A stretch of 61,952 nt of DNA, counting the filler, from Fonticula-like sp. SCN 57-25 (taxonomy: Eukaryota), in NCBI GenBank assembly GCA_001724245.1. It is 3 parts of 3 records of this genome, joined end to end, with 100 filler letters (N's around TTAATTAATTAA, not from the genome) between each part and the next. Parts side by side here need not be neighbours in the genome. Positions count along the whole stretch, not along the records: positions 42,548 to 61,952 come from MEDX01000099.1; 2 more parts are not named here. One strand, written 5' to 3'. Below, one piece after another: positions 44,856 through 57,567 of this stretch. The number at the start of each line of letters is the position of its first letter. Position 1 is the stretch's first letter. The notes below the pieces were generated by a model that was given only the letters and a program-made list of their open reading frames with translations, had not been told where the DNA came from and made no database searches. A program made the position numbers and the translations under genes.

Positions 44856-47800
44856 CTAAAAGGCGACCTTGTTTTGCATGTCCTCGATCTTCTTGAGAAC
44901 TTCTGGGACGGTGCGGTCCAGCTCTGCGGCGATCGCCTTCTTTCTGTCGGACGAGAGGCGCGTGAACCCTTCGCACATGACGCCGTCGACGACGCCCTTG
45001 ACAGGCGCATAGTATGAGCGGTACGACAGGTGGTCGCGGCCGAGGAGCGGCGGGTCCTCCGCGCGCATATGCATTTCAAGCTGCTGCATAAATGTAACGT
45101 CGTCCTTTGAAGTAAACGGAACAAAAGCGCCGATAGCGCCCATGAGCGTCGTATACACCACGGACTCGGAGCCGCCGGGGACGAGCACGGCGCGATGTAC
45201 AGACGTGATGGTGTCGCCGACATAGTACTCGACCTCGCTGCGCACCTTGTGCGGGGCGCCGTTCAAGAAGCCGCGCTCCAGCATCACACGGCTCAGGGCA
45301 GGGTCGTCGTCCACTTCGTCAGACGTCTCCGGCGCCAGCCGCGTCACGAAAAAGTTGCCAAATTTGTCACCGCCCGCAACAGTGTCATAGTCCAGCATCA
45401 CGCTGCACGTCATCCAGCGCGGGAGCACATCGTCCGCAAAGATGAGAAGCTGGTTGTCGGCCGCCTTGTACTTGGCAAACGTCACCGACTCTTGCACGTC
45501 CGTCACCACAATGCGGTCGCCTTGCGTGTGAATGCCGACAATCATATTGTAAAAGTTCTACATGAGCGGCATCAGTACCCTGGAAAGCGCTCCCAGAAAG
45601 CAAGCGCACCTTGTTCTCACACTTGCGGAGCATCTTCTTCTTGCCGAGGTCGTAAATGCGCAGCGTCTTGCCGACTCCCACGAGGATTCGCCCCTGGAAT
45701 TGCATCAGCGCGGTGGGCGCATCGTCGATTTGCGTCTAAAAGGGCTAAATCAATACCAGGTAACGAGAACTACCATATGTGCGCACCTTGTGCAGCAGCT
45801 GCAGGCCTTCGTACGTGACGCGGTACACCGACAAAAAGCCAGCTTCGCACATACGAGGCGCCAGGTGGAGGTTGAGCGCGCTGCCGACGACAAGGTGAAC
45901 CTCGCCCTGTTGGTCGTGGAATGTACAGTACGCGATGCACGTCGCGCTCTCTCCGGGGTCCATCTCTAGGCAGCTGACGGTCGCGCCGCGGTGCGGGTCC
46001 ACCAGGCGCACGCACGAGGCCCACATCCCCTGCGGCGCGGCGGGGATCGTCAAATTCAGCTCCGTATTTGGCTTGGCAGGCGCGTCCTCGTCGTCCGTCT
46101 CCATGTCGTCATCGTCCTTGGGCTTGTTGGCCTCCTCAACGGCAAGCGCCGCAAGCCGCTGCGGCATGGGGTACGTGCGGTTGTCCGACTCGATGATGGC
46201 GAACGTGCGCGACGGCGCATGCAGCACCATTTTCCCTAAGGCCTGGGTTAGCAACAGCCAAAAATACAAAGAGCCAAACGTACGAGGAGTGTAGCGCAGC
46301 GGTACGGAAGTCTGGTGGAACGTGCTGCCGAGCTTCTCTACCGTGATAATACGCAGCGTGTCGTGGGACACGGCGACAATGCCCTCGGGGCACTCTCCGG
46401 ACGAAAACTTGCTCGCGTACTCGAGCATATTGTACGACAGCGGCGTCAGCATCGTGCGGTTGTGGTACGAATATGCCAGCCATGGGCGCGCCGAGAGCGC
46501 CAGGACAGCGTTACCGCCATTCACGACGACCTTGAACAGCTTTACCGGGCGAGGGCCGAGGAATCTGCGACAAGGAAAAGATTTAGTTTTTTCATGGGCG
46601 CAATGTGAAAAAGCACGTACCGCGTGCGCGTGTCGGAGAGCTGGCCGTTGACGCCGTCCAGAACGGTACGCAGGAGAACGCCGTTGACAAGACCAATGAA
46701 AAGATAGAGCGCGCCAGAGCCTTCCTGGTCGGGCAGCTCGGTGATGCACAGCGATTCGGCGTGCGTCGGGAGCGCCTGGACACCGAGGCTCTGGAGGCAG
46801 TCTTCGGGGTCGAGCGAGAGAATGCGCACAGAGTTGTCCATGCAGCCGACAGACACAAAGCGGCTGCGGACGCGCCCCTCGGGCACCGGCCCAAGCGCGA
46901 GCGAGGCAACCTCCGAGTGCAGCTCCTTGCGGTCCTGGAACTCGTTCAGCTGGCCCGTCACATCGAGCTCAAAGTAGATCAGCTCGCCGCCAGCGAGGGC
47001 GATAATGACCTGGCGCTCGTTGGCGGCGGCGCGGACAATAGTGCGACCCGCCGGCGCCTTCCACTCGTTCACGCGCTTGTCCGCCCGGATGTGGCGGATG
47101 CCCTCGGCGTACACCTGGAGCATCGAGTCCTCGCCGAGCTGCGACACGCTGAGCGTCGGCTTGTTGCTCACAAATCCAGAGTTGGTGACCTCCTCCACCG
47201 TTTCGCCAATCGACAGCACCAGCGTAGCGTTGATAAAGGAGACGAGCAGGTACGTGTCGCGCTCGTCGCTGAGCCGCTGCTTGACTGTCCACACCGCGAT
47301 GGGGTTGGCTGGGAGGTCCGTCGACATTACCTGCGTCACCTCGAGGCCGTAGCGCATCGTGCGCAGCGACGAGCGAGAGCCGCGGCCGCAGAGCGTGTAG
47401 ATTTGCGGCGTGTCCTCGCCAAGCATATCAATCACCTTGGCGTCCATAATCGGGCACAGCGAGTCCACATCGTCGAGGAGCGTCAGGTTGAGCGGCGCCA
47501 GACGCGTTTCAAACACGGCGCCGGTAGCGTCGCCCGGCGCAAACTGCGAGCTCGAAAACTCGGGCTGCGTCTCGTCGTCGCCAAGGCCAGTGATCTGGTA
47601 AAGGTGATGATTCGAAAACTCGGACGCCACAAAAAGAAAGCCAGCCTTTAAAAAGGCAACATAGTTTGACAGCGGGACCGTGTCAAAATACTTGATCTTG
47701 AGCTCGCGCACAGTGTCCTTTTGGTAGTCGACCGTCAGCTTGAACAGGTCGCCGTCCTCAGACTGGACCAGGAAAAAGAAACGGTTCTGCGTGGCGAGCG

Positions 47801-48796
47801 TCAGATACAAGACTCAAAAAAAAAAGCGTACCCTCGTCTTGACAAGCGTAGACTGCGTAATGATCGGGCTTCGCGACTGGTCCGTGAGCAGGTGCTTGCG
47901 GCGCGGGATCGGGACGGAGACGGACGGGTAGTTTTGATTGCACCAAGTGATCGACCCTTCGGCGCACACGAGCACGCCCGAGGGCCCGTCGTTGCCACCG
48001 GGCACCATAATGAGCTTGTTGGAGCGCGGGTGAACAGGGTTGCTCCACTTGCGGACAACGTTGTTCAGGCCGAGATCGAGCTCATAAAAGGTGAGGAGCT
48101 TCTCGGCCGTGTCGATGGCGGCGCCGGTTGGGTCGCGATCGGCCTCCTCATAGTCCTGCTCGATGCACGCGAAAATGGGGTTGTCATAGCCAACGTCCAT
48201 GCCCACAATATCAAAGCAAATGTTGAATGACTTGTGCGCCTCGAGAGGAGACGAAATCGTCAGCGACGCAGCGCTGTCGCGGTTCAGAACGTAGACAAGC
48301 TTCTGCTTCTCGACCGCGCCAACCATCGCCGCACGGCCCTGCGGGTCGCACGCCAAGTACTGGCCGGGGACGATGCGGCGAGATCCCGTCTTGCCGTACG
48401 TCTCGGCATGAACGCGATGAAAGTAATTCTTGTCAGCCTTGTACTCGAGGATGATGATCTTGCCAGAGTCAGAGCCGACAATGATATAGTCTAAAAACAA
48501 GCCGTGCAGCTGTCAGTACAGCCCCAGGCGCAGAAAAAAGAAAGAGAAAAGCGCGGAGAAATAAGCGTACCGCGCGACTCGCCCGTCAAGCGGAACGCGG
48601 CGACGGACCGGATGGTCGAAAAGACGTCGTGCGTTAGGATGGACACGAGCTTGCCCGTGTTCGGGTCGGGCCGCAAAAGCTCAAGCACCGTCATGCGCGA
48701 AACGACAATCTCTTGCTGCTTGGTTCCGCTGAAATTGCCGACGACGGCGGTATTGATGCCCGTCGGGCGCTGCAGCCCCATGTGGTAGAGGAACAT
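44856..48796 (-). CDS. SF3B3: Splicing factor 3B subunit 3 (Rse1)
   Basis: MFLY..LQRPTGI..GNFSGTKQQEIVV, ETYGKTGSRRIVPGQYLA, YDLGKKKMLRKCENK, GRDHLSYRSYYAPVK. Confidence 0.97.
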
Positions 48797-48903
48797 GGCG
48801 GCGGCGGCGCGGGCGTTTCGAGGCAGGCAACGCGATCTGGAAAATTTGCAAATTTGCCACATCCAATCATAACCATCGTTGTGACTAGACGGGAGCTGCG
48901 GGG

Positions 48904-50612
48904 ATGGCGGACGTCGATGACGCGTCGCGGACAGACCGCTCGCCCCTACTAGCAGACACGCCCAACATTCAATCGCCGGAAGCCGGCCGCCCCACAAAGT
49001 TCGTCATTGTTCTCACTTTGTTTGTGGCGATCGGTGGCTTTCTCTTTGGCTATGACACTGGCGTAATGTCGGGCGCCCTGCTCCTTGTTACGGACGAATT
49101 TCACCTGAGCAGCCTTCAGCAAGAGTGGGTCATCGCGTCAACCACAGCAGGCGCCATGGTCGGCGCGCTGGTGGCTGGCAAGTGTGCTGATTGGCTTGGG
49201 CGGCGCCCCTGCGTCATGATTGCTGCCGTCATCTTTGTTGTAGGCGCACTCGTAATGGGACTGGCCGGTACGCTGCCGCGATTTCTGCGTGCCCCTGTGT
49301 AGCTAATGGTGTCCATAGACGGCTTTGTTGCCCTACTTATTGGCCGAATTATTGTTGGTCTTGGCATTGGTCTCGCGTCGATGACTGTACCGCTCTATAT
49401 TGCCGAGGTGTCGCCTGCGGCTCATCGCGGCGCCATGGTCACGATGAACGTGCTCTTCATCACCGGTGGCCAGTTTGTAGCCTACCTCGTCGCGGCTGGC
49501 TTTGCCGAAGTCCCTAACGGGTGGAGGTACATGCTGGGTCTTTCTGGCGCGCCCGCCGTCGTCCAGTTTATCGGCATGTGCTTTTTGCCAGAGAGCCCGC
49601 GGTACCTGCTCAGCAAGGGCAAGTCTCAGGAGGCGTACAAGGTCCTCGAGCGCATGAACATTCCCAATATTGATGAGGAGATGGAGGACCTGACCCTCTC
49701 GGTCTCCTCGGCCGCCGTCGCCAGAGCGTCGTGGCGCGACCTCTTTGACCCGAGCATCCGCCGCGCGCTCATCATCGGAGTCTCGCTCCAGGCGTTCCAG
49801 CAGCTATGCGGGTGCGTCGCACTTTTTGCGCCGTTTTGCTTGTTGTTTTTGTTTACCTTTCCTCCTTTAGCATCAACACTGCAATGTACTACTCGTCGAC
49901 CATTCTAAAGATGGCCGGCTTCCCCGACAACCAGACGGCCATCTTTTTCTCCGTCTTTGTTGCGTTCACAAACATGCTCTTCACGGTTCTCGGGATGCTC
50001 TTGGTTGACCGCGCGGGCCGTCGGCCTCTGCTTCTGTACTCGCTTCCCGGCTGCTTTGCTGGCCTGGCGCTGCTGGGCGGTGCCTTTTACATGCTCCTTG
50101 GCGTGTCGACCCACCAGGACACCTGCGAGCTGTACGACGGCTGCGCCCCGTGCCAGCTCGATACCGCGTGTGGCTTCTGCTCCGACTCGACCATGTGCGT
50201 CGCCGGCGACGCGCTTGGCCCCGCGGACGGCACCTGCGACGCGTGGATCCACAACGGCGTGTGCCCGGGCTCCAACACTGGCGGCTGGCTCGCGCTCGCG
50301 TCCCTCGTGCTCTACGTCGCCTGCTTCGCCGTCGGGATGGGGCCGATGCCGTGGGCCATCCAGTCAGAGATCTTTCCCATGCACGTGCGCGGCGTGGCCA
50401 ACGGCATCGCCACAGCGAGCAACTGGACCGCCAACCTCATCGTCTCGGCCACGCTGCTGACGCTCTTCAAGGCCATCTCGCAGGCGGGCACCTTTTGGCT
50501 CTACTCGTCCTTTGCGGCGATGGCGTGGGTCTTTATCTTTTTCATGGTGCCAGAGACCAAGGGGCGGACGCTGGAGGAGATTTCGCGCGACCTCAACGGG
50601 TCCCACAAGTAA
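48904..50612 (+). CDS. Proton myo-inositol cotransporter (HMIT/SLC2A13/INT-type MFS sugar porter)
   Basis: GGFLFGYDTG, DWLGRR, PLYIAEVSP, PESPR, QQLCGINTAMYY, PETKG; Cys-rich loop between TM9 and TM10; N-terminal DRSPLL dileucine. Confidence 0.9.
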
Positions 50613-50735
50613 CCGCGGCCAAGCATGATCGAAAGTTGTGTTATTATGTCTCGTTGAAATCACTAATTTATACATGAATAAGCACATATGTACGCTATAT
50701 GACGTGGAATATAAAATGTAAATGCAAATGCATGG

Positions 50736-52101
50736 TTATGCCTCGAGATCGTCGCTGCTGCTGCTACTTCCGTCCGTAGAGAGGATGTCGGCGCGCTTGC
50801 TCTCCCCGGCCTTTTTCTTCCTCAGTAGCTTGTCTTTCAGCAGCTGAGCCTGCAGCTTGTAGCGCTCCATCTTGTACCGGTACTTGTCGGCCATCGACCG
50901 GTGAAGGTGCGCCAGCGCGCTCCTCTCCGGGCCGGCATCGTACCCGCCGTCGTAGCCGCCGTCAAGGTCGGCGTACACCGTCGAGGACTCGCTACCCTTC
51001 CCGCCAAACCACCCGCCGAGCCACGAGCTGCTGCTGCTGCTCGCGCTCCCAATTGGCAGGCGCATGGACCGCTCGGCGCCCTGCCGCCCGCCATTCATGA
51101 TGACAATGACCTCCTTGCCCTGCGCGACCTGCGCTACCGACTTGCCGCCCGTCCGGCTCTGCGACAGGAAGCCACAGAGCGACAGAACGAGCCACATGCC
51201 GACCAGCACATAACCCATTGTGTCCATCCGAATCGGCTCAAAGGGCTCGCCGTAGATGGCGCGCAGCGCGTGGTCCGTCACCTCGGTCACAATCACATGA
51301 AAGTGCACGTCGAGGAACGAGTCGACCGCTGCAAATACGAAAGTCAGCACAGAGCAAAATTCATTGGGACCGCGCACCGAGGAAAAAGACAAGAGCGCCA
51401 CCGGTGCTTGTCGTGAGCATAATTAACGTGCTCTGCGCGTAGAGGGCGATGAAGCCGCCAAGCAATGCGATGCCAATGTAAAAGACCCCGAACGCCACCG
51501 GGTTGTGCATAAACTCGCTCGATCCTGACGCGCCGGTTAGAACAAACTGTGCTCTTGTCGGGAGCGCGTACCGAGCGGAGTCATCATGAGCAGCATGCTC
51601 GCAATGAACCCCATGCAGCAGCCAGTTAAGAAGATGCCAAGGCGGAGGATCGCAAGCGCAAGGATGCCGCCAAGTACGCCGACGGCGGCGCTTAACCCGA
51701 GACGCTCTGCCAACCGCGTCAGCCATTACAGAATATAAGCATGAGGCCAGTGCGCACCGAGCTCGCTGCCAGGCAGGCAGCAAAATTTGAATTTCAAAAA
51801 GAGCGGGCTAAACGTGTAGAAGGCGAGCGCAAACCCGATAAACCCAGCCAGAAACAGCCCTGCCAACGAGCCCACCGTTAATCATCGCGGCGCAATTGTC
51901 AATTAAATTCGCACAGATCTTTAAGATACGATGGCCCGCAAAGCAGGTTATTAGAGAAGCGGCCATGGTGAACGCCATGATGGTGCCGTGGTTCCCGGGC
52001 TGCTGCAGCTCGCTCCACGTGTGCCATGGGTCGATCTTGCTGATCGCCGCGTCGACCAGCTCGGTGACATTGCCCGCTCCTATCGACACTCCGGTCGACA
52101 T
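50736..52101 (-). CDS. Multi-pass membrane protein, TMEM198/TM7SF3 (DUF4203)-like
   Basis: CFAGHRILKI..FLAGF, TTSTGGA..FVFAAVDSF, W.VLSLCG..SQ pattern; charged C-terminal tail. Confidence 0.6.
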
Positions 52102-52685
52102 GCTTCCGCTCGCTGGCTTCGGCCTTCTCCTCACAGGCGCCGCGGAAAGACTAGGCGAGCTGGCAACCGCGTGCACCACCACCTGACCACCACAGCAGGG
52201 GTCCGTCAAAACTTCAACGACTATCTGATTCTTCTTATTCTTCTGATTATCTATGATTGTGCCGCTTGAACGCGAGTCGGCTCAATTCACGAACAAAATG
52301 TCGGCAAAACGCTGAAACGAAAACAAATACTATGGTAAAAGCATATCAAATCTATTACGCAAAAAAACAATAGTTTCTGGTGACAAGACGCGGCAGAATA
52401 ACCCACCGGGTACGATAAAAGAATGCGAAACAATAAAAGACAAAACGGAAACTGAGAGAAAAGCCAAAAAAAAATCAATACTGCATGAAGGAAAAAGTAG
52501 TCAAAAAAGACTGAGGCCACTGCGTGTCGCCGCGCTCATTCATGACCTCAACCGCTCCTTTCACATTATTACAACCACTCGCGCGCTCGCCGCCCTCATG
52601 TGCGCCCACCAAAACAACCGAAACTCTCACTCGCCGTCTACTTTTGCGCCATTATGAACATGACAATGCACAAAAAAGAAGCCAC

Positions 52686-53255
52686 TTATTGCGTTGGCCT
52701 GAACCACGAGGTCGTCCGCGTCTGGTGGTTGACGTAAAAGAACTGCCCCTCGGGCGACAGCTTGATCTCAATGTGGCTCGGGAGCGTCGGGTCCTTCAGC
52801 CGCGGGTCCAGCCACGTCGTCGAGTGTGTAGCGTGGTGACGGAAATACGGGCGGCCCTCGGGGGTGCGCTGCATGTCCCACCCGGCGGGCAGCGGCTTGG
52901 TGTCGACCGTCTCAATGATGGGCGCGGCGCCTTGCGGGACGTGCGCCGCAGCGCTGCTCGCAACGGTTGTTGGAATGGTCGCGCGGCCCACGCCGGGAGC
53001 AATCATCGCTTGCTGCGCGCTCGCGAGACCAGCAAGGCGCATCACCATGTGCACTTCGGCACGATCCTTGATCCCAAAGCTCGCGAGCGTCGCGCCGTCA
53101 TCCTCCATGGCCACATTCTGGTAAAGAAGGCGAATCTTTTCAGGCACAATATTCGCCGACGCGCTCACGGCCTGCCGCGCCTGCCCCACGGTCGCGTCCT
53201 CGGCGACAGAGACTTCAAAAGAAGACCCAGACACGGACCGTATCGTGAGCTGCAT
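52686..53255 (-). CDS. Ubiquitin-like domain + tandem WW domain protein (intronless, ~189 aa)
   Basis: [32 protein letters not shown] (UBL); PLPAGWD..GRPYF.HH..TTWLDPR and [24 protein letters not shown] (WW). Confidence 0.85.
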   Translation of the reverse strand: MQLTIRSVSGSSFEVSVAEDATVGQARQAVSASANIVPEKIRLLYQNVAMEDDGATLASFGIKDRAEVHMVMRLAGLASAQQAMIAPGVGRATIPTTVASSAAAHVPQGAAPIIETVDTKPLPAGWDMQRTPEGRPYFRHHATHSTTWLDPRLKDPTLPSHIEIKLSPEGQFFYVNHQTRTTSWFRPTQ

Positions 53256-53573
53256 CGTGACCAAACGAGTTGCAATCAGAAGGAAATCAGACGACGACTG
53301 ATCTGTGAAAACCCCAGGCCACGTGGAAAGGTTTCATCCGCGTGTCTGCCTGCGCAATAAATTGCTTCAATATCAATTCACCCACGCCAATACAGTGAAT
53401 TATTATCCGAACACGTAAAAAAGAATATTCTGATTGTTGGATGCACAGGCAATAAGCAAAAAAGATTGTCAGCCATAGTGACCGCATGTAAGTATTGAAG
53501 CAGTCCAGTGGAAAACGATTCTGACTGTGCAAGTGTATTATATTATTCGATCTAAAAAACATACACGCGAACT

Positions 53574-56500
53574 CTACTTCTTTGCCGTCTTCTTAGCCGG
53601 CACGCTCGCGAAAATGTCAATGTCGCCGGCGGGCGCCGCAGCCTTCTTCTTTGGCGCAGCCGCCTTTGGCTTGGCCGCTCCTGCGTCCGCGAAAATGTCC
53701 ACAGAGGGAGAGGCCGCGGGCTTGGCGACCGCGGGCGACGCCGGTGCCTTTGCGGGCGCCGCCGGCACATCAGCAAACAGGTCCACAGGCGCGGCCGCCT
53801 TGGGTGCAGCGGGCTTGGACACCGGCGGGAGATCGACAAAGAGGTCGACCGGCGCGGGGGCAGCGGCGGGCTTTGTGGGGGCAGCATTGACCGGCGGCAA
53901 GCTGGCAAAGATGTCGTCGGACACAGCAGGCTTGGCGACGGCGGCGGCGGCCGGCGGCGCGCTATCGCTAAACACGCCGTCGAGCGCGGGCCGCGTCTGG
54001 GGCGCGGCGGCGCGGCGCGTCGGCGGGCGGCGGCCGCTGGCCATCTTCGGGCGGTCCTTGGTGACGCTCACGAGCGTGTTGACCGACTCGGACGAGAGCG
54101 GCTCGTCAAACGAGATGGCCGCCGTCTCGACCACCGGCTTGGGCGCCGGCGGCGTCGCGCCGGGCCTCATCATGGCGGGGTTAACGTTGAGCGCCACGCC
54201 ACCCGGCGGCGGCTTGCGCGGGCCGGCGGCAAGCGCCGTATTCAACGCGGACGCGACGCTCGCCTTGGCGGTGGCGGGCGCCGGGGCGGAGGCAGAGTCG
54301 ATCAGCTTGGAGACTGCCGACGGCGCCGCAGCGGGCGTCACGCCAAACATGTCGTCGTCGTCATCGTCAAAGATGCCCTTGACCTTGGGCGCGGCGGCCG
54401 CGGGGGCAGGCGTCGGCTCCGGCAGCTTGACGGGTTCGGGCGCCTTGGCGGGTTCGGGCGCCTTGGCGGGCTCGGGCAGCTTGACGGGCTCGGGCAACTT
54501 GAAAGGCTCGGGCGCCTTGGCGGGCGTCGCCTTGGCGGGCGCGGCAAACATGTCGTCGTCATCGTCGTCGTCAAAGAGACCCTTGCTCTTCTTGGGCGCA
54601 GCGGGCGTCGGCTCGGGTGCCTTGACGGGCTCGGGTGCCTTGACAGGCTCGGGAGCGGGTGCCGCAACAGTCGGCAGCACGGCGGGCAGCACAGGCTCGG
54701 CAACGACCTTGGCCGGCGCAGGGGCGGCAGCGGGGGCGGCGGCAGCGGGCTTGGCGGCAAACATATCGTCGTCGTCGTCGTCAAAGAGCCCGGTGCTCTT
54801 CTTCTTGGCGGCCGCAGCGGGCGCCGCGCTCGGCGCAGGCGACGCGGCCGGCGCAGCGGACTTGGCTGCGGCGGGCTTGGCGGTCAAAAAGTCCTCCTCG
54901 TCGTCATCGTCGTCCCAGAGGCTCTTGGCCTTTTTCGGGACCACCGACACCGCCGGCGCGGGTGAAGGAGCAGCAACCGGCTCCGGGGCGGCAACGGGTG
55001 CGGCAACAGGGGCCGCAACTGGGGCAGCAGCAGGCGCCGCAACCGGCGCAGCAGCGGGCTTCGGAAGGATCGGCTCGTCATCCTCGTCGTCGTCAAACAG
55101 GCCGGCGGAGGCCTTGGGCGCGGCCACGACAGGGGGCGGAACGACGGCAGCAGGCGCAGGCGCAGGAGCCGCCGCAGCTGTCGAGGACGACGGGACAAGC
55201 GCGGACGAAGCAGCAGGCTTGGCAATGATCGGGATGTCGTCATCGTCGTCGTCAAAGAGGCCGGCCGGCTTCTTCGGGACGGCCTTGACGGCGGCGGGCG
55301 CGGCGGCAGCCTTGGCAGCCCTAATGTCACCGGTGTGAGAGACAACAAAAGAGATTGTAGTACGTACGGCTTGATTGCGAGAATGTCTTCGTCATCATCA
55401 CTGTCACCAAAGAGATTGCCGCCAAAGAGGTCCTTCTTCTTGGGCGCGACCGGGGCGCTGAACGGATCATCCTAGAAAAGGTTGTGAGCAAACAACAAAA
55501 GCACAAAACGAGTCGCATACATCCTCGATCGGTGCAGCGGCAGCCGGCGCAGCGGTAGCCTGCGAGGAAGAAGCCTGGACGTCGGCCTCGGGCTGCGCGT
55601 CGTCGGGCTGCGCATCGTCGGCCGCCGCCTGATCGACGCTCGCCGCGGCAGCGTCCGACTCGGGCGCCTCGGCATCCTTGCCCTTCTTTCCCTTCTTTCC
55701 TTTCTTGCCCTTCTTCTCCTTCTTTTCCTTCTTTTCCTTCTTTGACTTTTTCGTCGTGGTCGGCGGCGGCGGGAGGCCGCTCGACTCCTCTTCGGTCGTC
55801 GACGACGGCGGCGGCGGCACTACGCGCATATTAAGTAAACATGTTCACACAAAGGGCAACCAATAACGTACGGCCACCGCCGAGAGACAGCGCCAGACGC
55901 TGCTTAAAGTCCATCTGGGGCGCCTCCTCCTCGTCCTCGTCACCCGGACGGCCAAACGGATTGGTCGACTCGCCCCACCCGTCGTCATCATCCTCGTCAT
56001 CGCCCGTCTTCTTCGGCTCGGCCTCTCCCCAGCCATCGTCGTCATCGTCAGCGGCGGCGACGGGGGCGGGAGCAGGAATCGGCGCGGTGACGCCCTCCTC
56101 CTCGCTCTCCTCCTCGCCGCTCTCCTCGTCCGAGTCGTCATCCGAGTCATCGTCAGAGTCGTCGTCAGAGTCGTCGTCAGAGTCGTCTTCGTCGTCGCCG
56201 TCCTCGCTGCGCTTGTCCTCATCACGCGGGACACCCTCGCCGGTCCGCGCGGCAGCTTCCGCCTCGTCGTCCGTAAAGTCCGAGTCGTCGCCGGCGGCAG
56301 CACCGCCGTCACCGGCAAGCGGCTCCTCAACAAACTCGGGCTCGGGCTCCACGAGACCGATAAAGTCGTCCTCGAAAAAGTCGGGCGTGCCAATCACGTA
56401 GGGGAGCGGGCGGTGCGCGTACATGTCCTTGGCCTCCATGTCGGCAGGCGCTTCGGCCTCAACGGGCTCCGCGGCATCCTCTTCGCCTGCGTACATGTTG

Positions 56501-57378
56501 TCAGCTCAAAAAAAACAGGCAGCAGGCTCGTTTCCGTACCGTCCTCAGCGTCGGGCGGCGAGGGCTTCTCCTCGGGCTTGACCAAAAAGGCGCGCTGCAA
56601 AACGTCCACGGCCGAGCGGATGGCAGTCGTGTAGCGCGGAAGCAGCACGTTCTCAAGCTGCTCGTGCGTCTTGGCGGTATCCGTGGGTGCCTCGGCCTCA
56701 GCTTCGACCGGCTTAGCCTCGAGCTCCTCGCTCTGGCTGTAGATGCGCTGGAAACGGGGTAAATGAGCCGAGAAAGACCCAGCAAAATGAAAATAGCGTA
56801 CGTTCTCAATGAACTGGTCATTGGCAAGCATAAGGAACTCGTTGAACGTGTTGTTGACGCGCGTGTTGGTCATCTGGAATCGTCGCATGAGCAACAATAC
56901 TTGCATAACGCGGGCATGCGTACCTTGACGGCAAAGACAAGATCGTCCACGCGCTGGTTCACCTCGCTCGTGCGGTTCAGCATACGCTCCTGGAATTGCT
57001 GCAGGTAGAGCTGCAGACCAGCGTCGGCGGCGAGGTTCCAGTTCTTCACGGCAGAGTGCATCTGCGGAACGGTCCACGGGCGCTCCCATACCTTGCGGTC
57101 TGGCAACACGCGGTCAACAAGGATCCAAAGAGAGAAATTATCAGCAACGCACTGTCTTCCACCGGCGGCGCGGCGGCAGGCTCCGGAGCGGCGGCGGCAG
57201 CGACGACAGGAGACGCAGGCACCGGCAGCGCAGCCATCAACGGGGTGGCGGGCGGCGGCGCGGCATTCACCGACGGCAAAAACACGTCGGAATCCGACGC
57301 GGGGGGGATACGAATAGAGACGCCCGGCGGCGGTGGCGGCGGCGGCGGAGGCGGCGGAGGCGGCGGTGGCGCTGACAT
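53574..57378 (-). CDS. WASHC2: WASH complex subunit FAM21 (multi-exon)
   Basis: VWERPW..WNLAADAGL..LQQF, NTFNEFLMLANDQFIENR, RPLPYVIGT, repeated L/I-F-DDDDD (LFa) motifs, CPI-like LVSVTKDRPK...RRPPTR. Confidence 0.92.
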
Positions 57379-57567
57379 CCTTGCGGCCGGTCACAACACC
57401 CAGCGAGACACACCGAAAACAAGCGAAAGGAAAACGCCGTCCGGGTGTTGGTTTAGTCGGTTAGGGTTGGTTTCGGTCGGTTTTGGTGTGGTTTGGTCGG
57501 CTTGAGGTTGGTTAAGGTTGGTTTCGGGTTGTTTCCGTTCAGGTGATTTTCGGTCCACCAGTGAGAG

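Noticed and set aside
53527-55338. 603-aa Gly/Ala/Ser-rich plus-strand ORF resembling a structural or adhesin protein
   Set aside because: Antisense of the Pro/Ala/Asp-rich FAM21 tail, which carries the recognisable LFa and CPI motifs.
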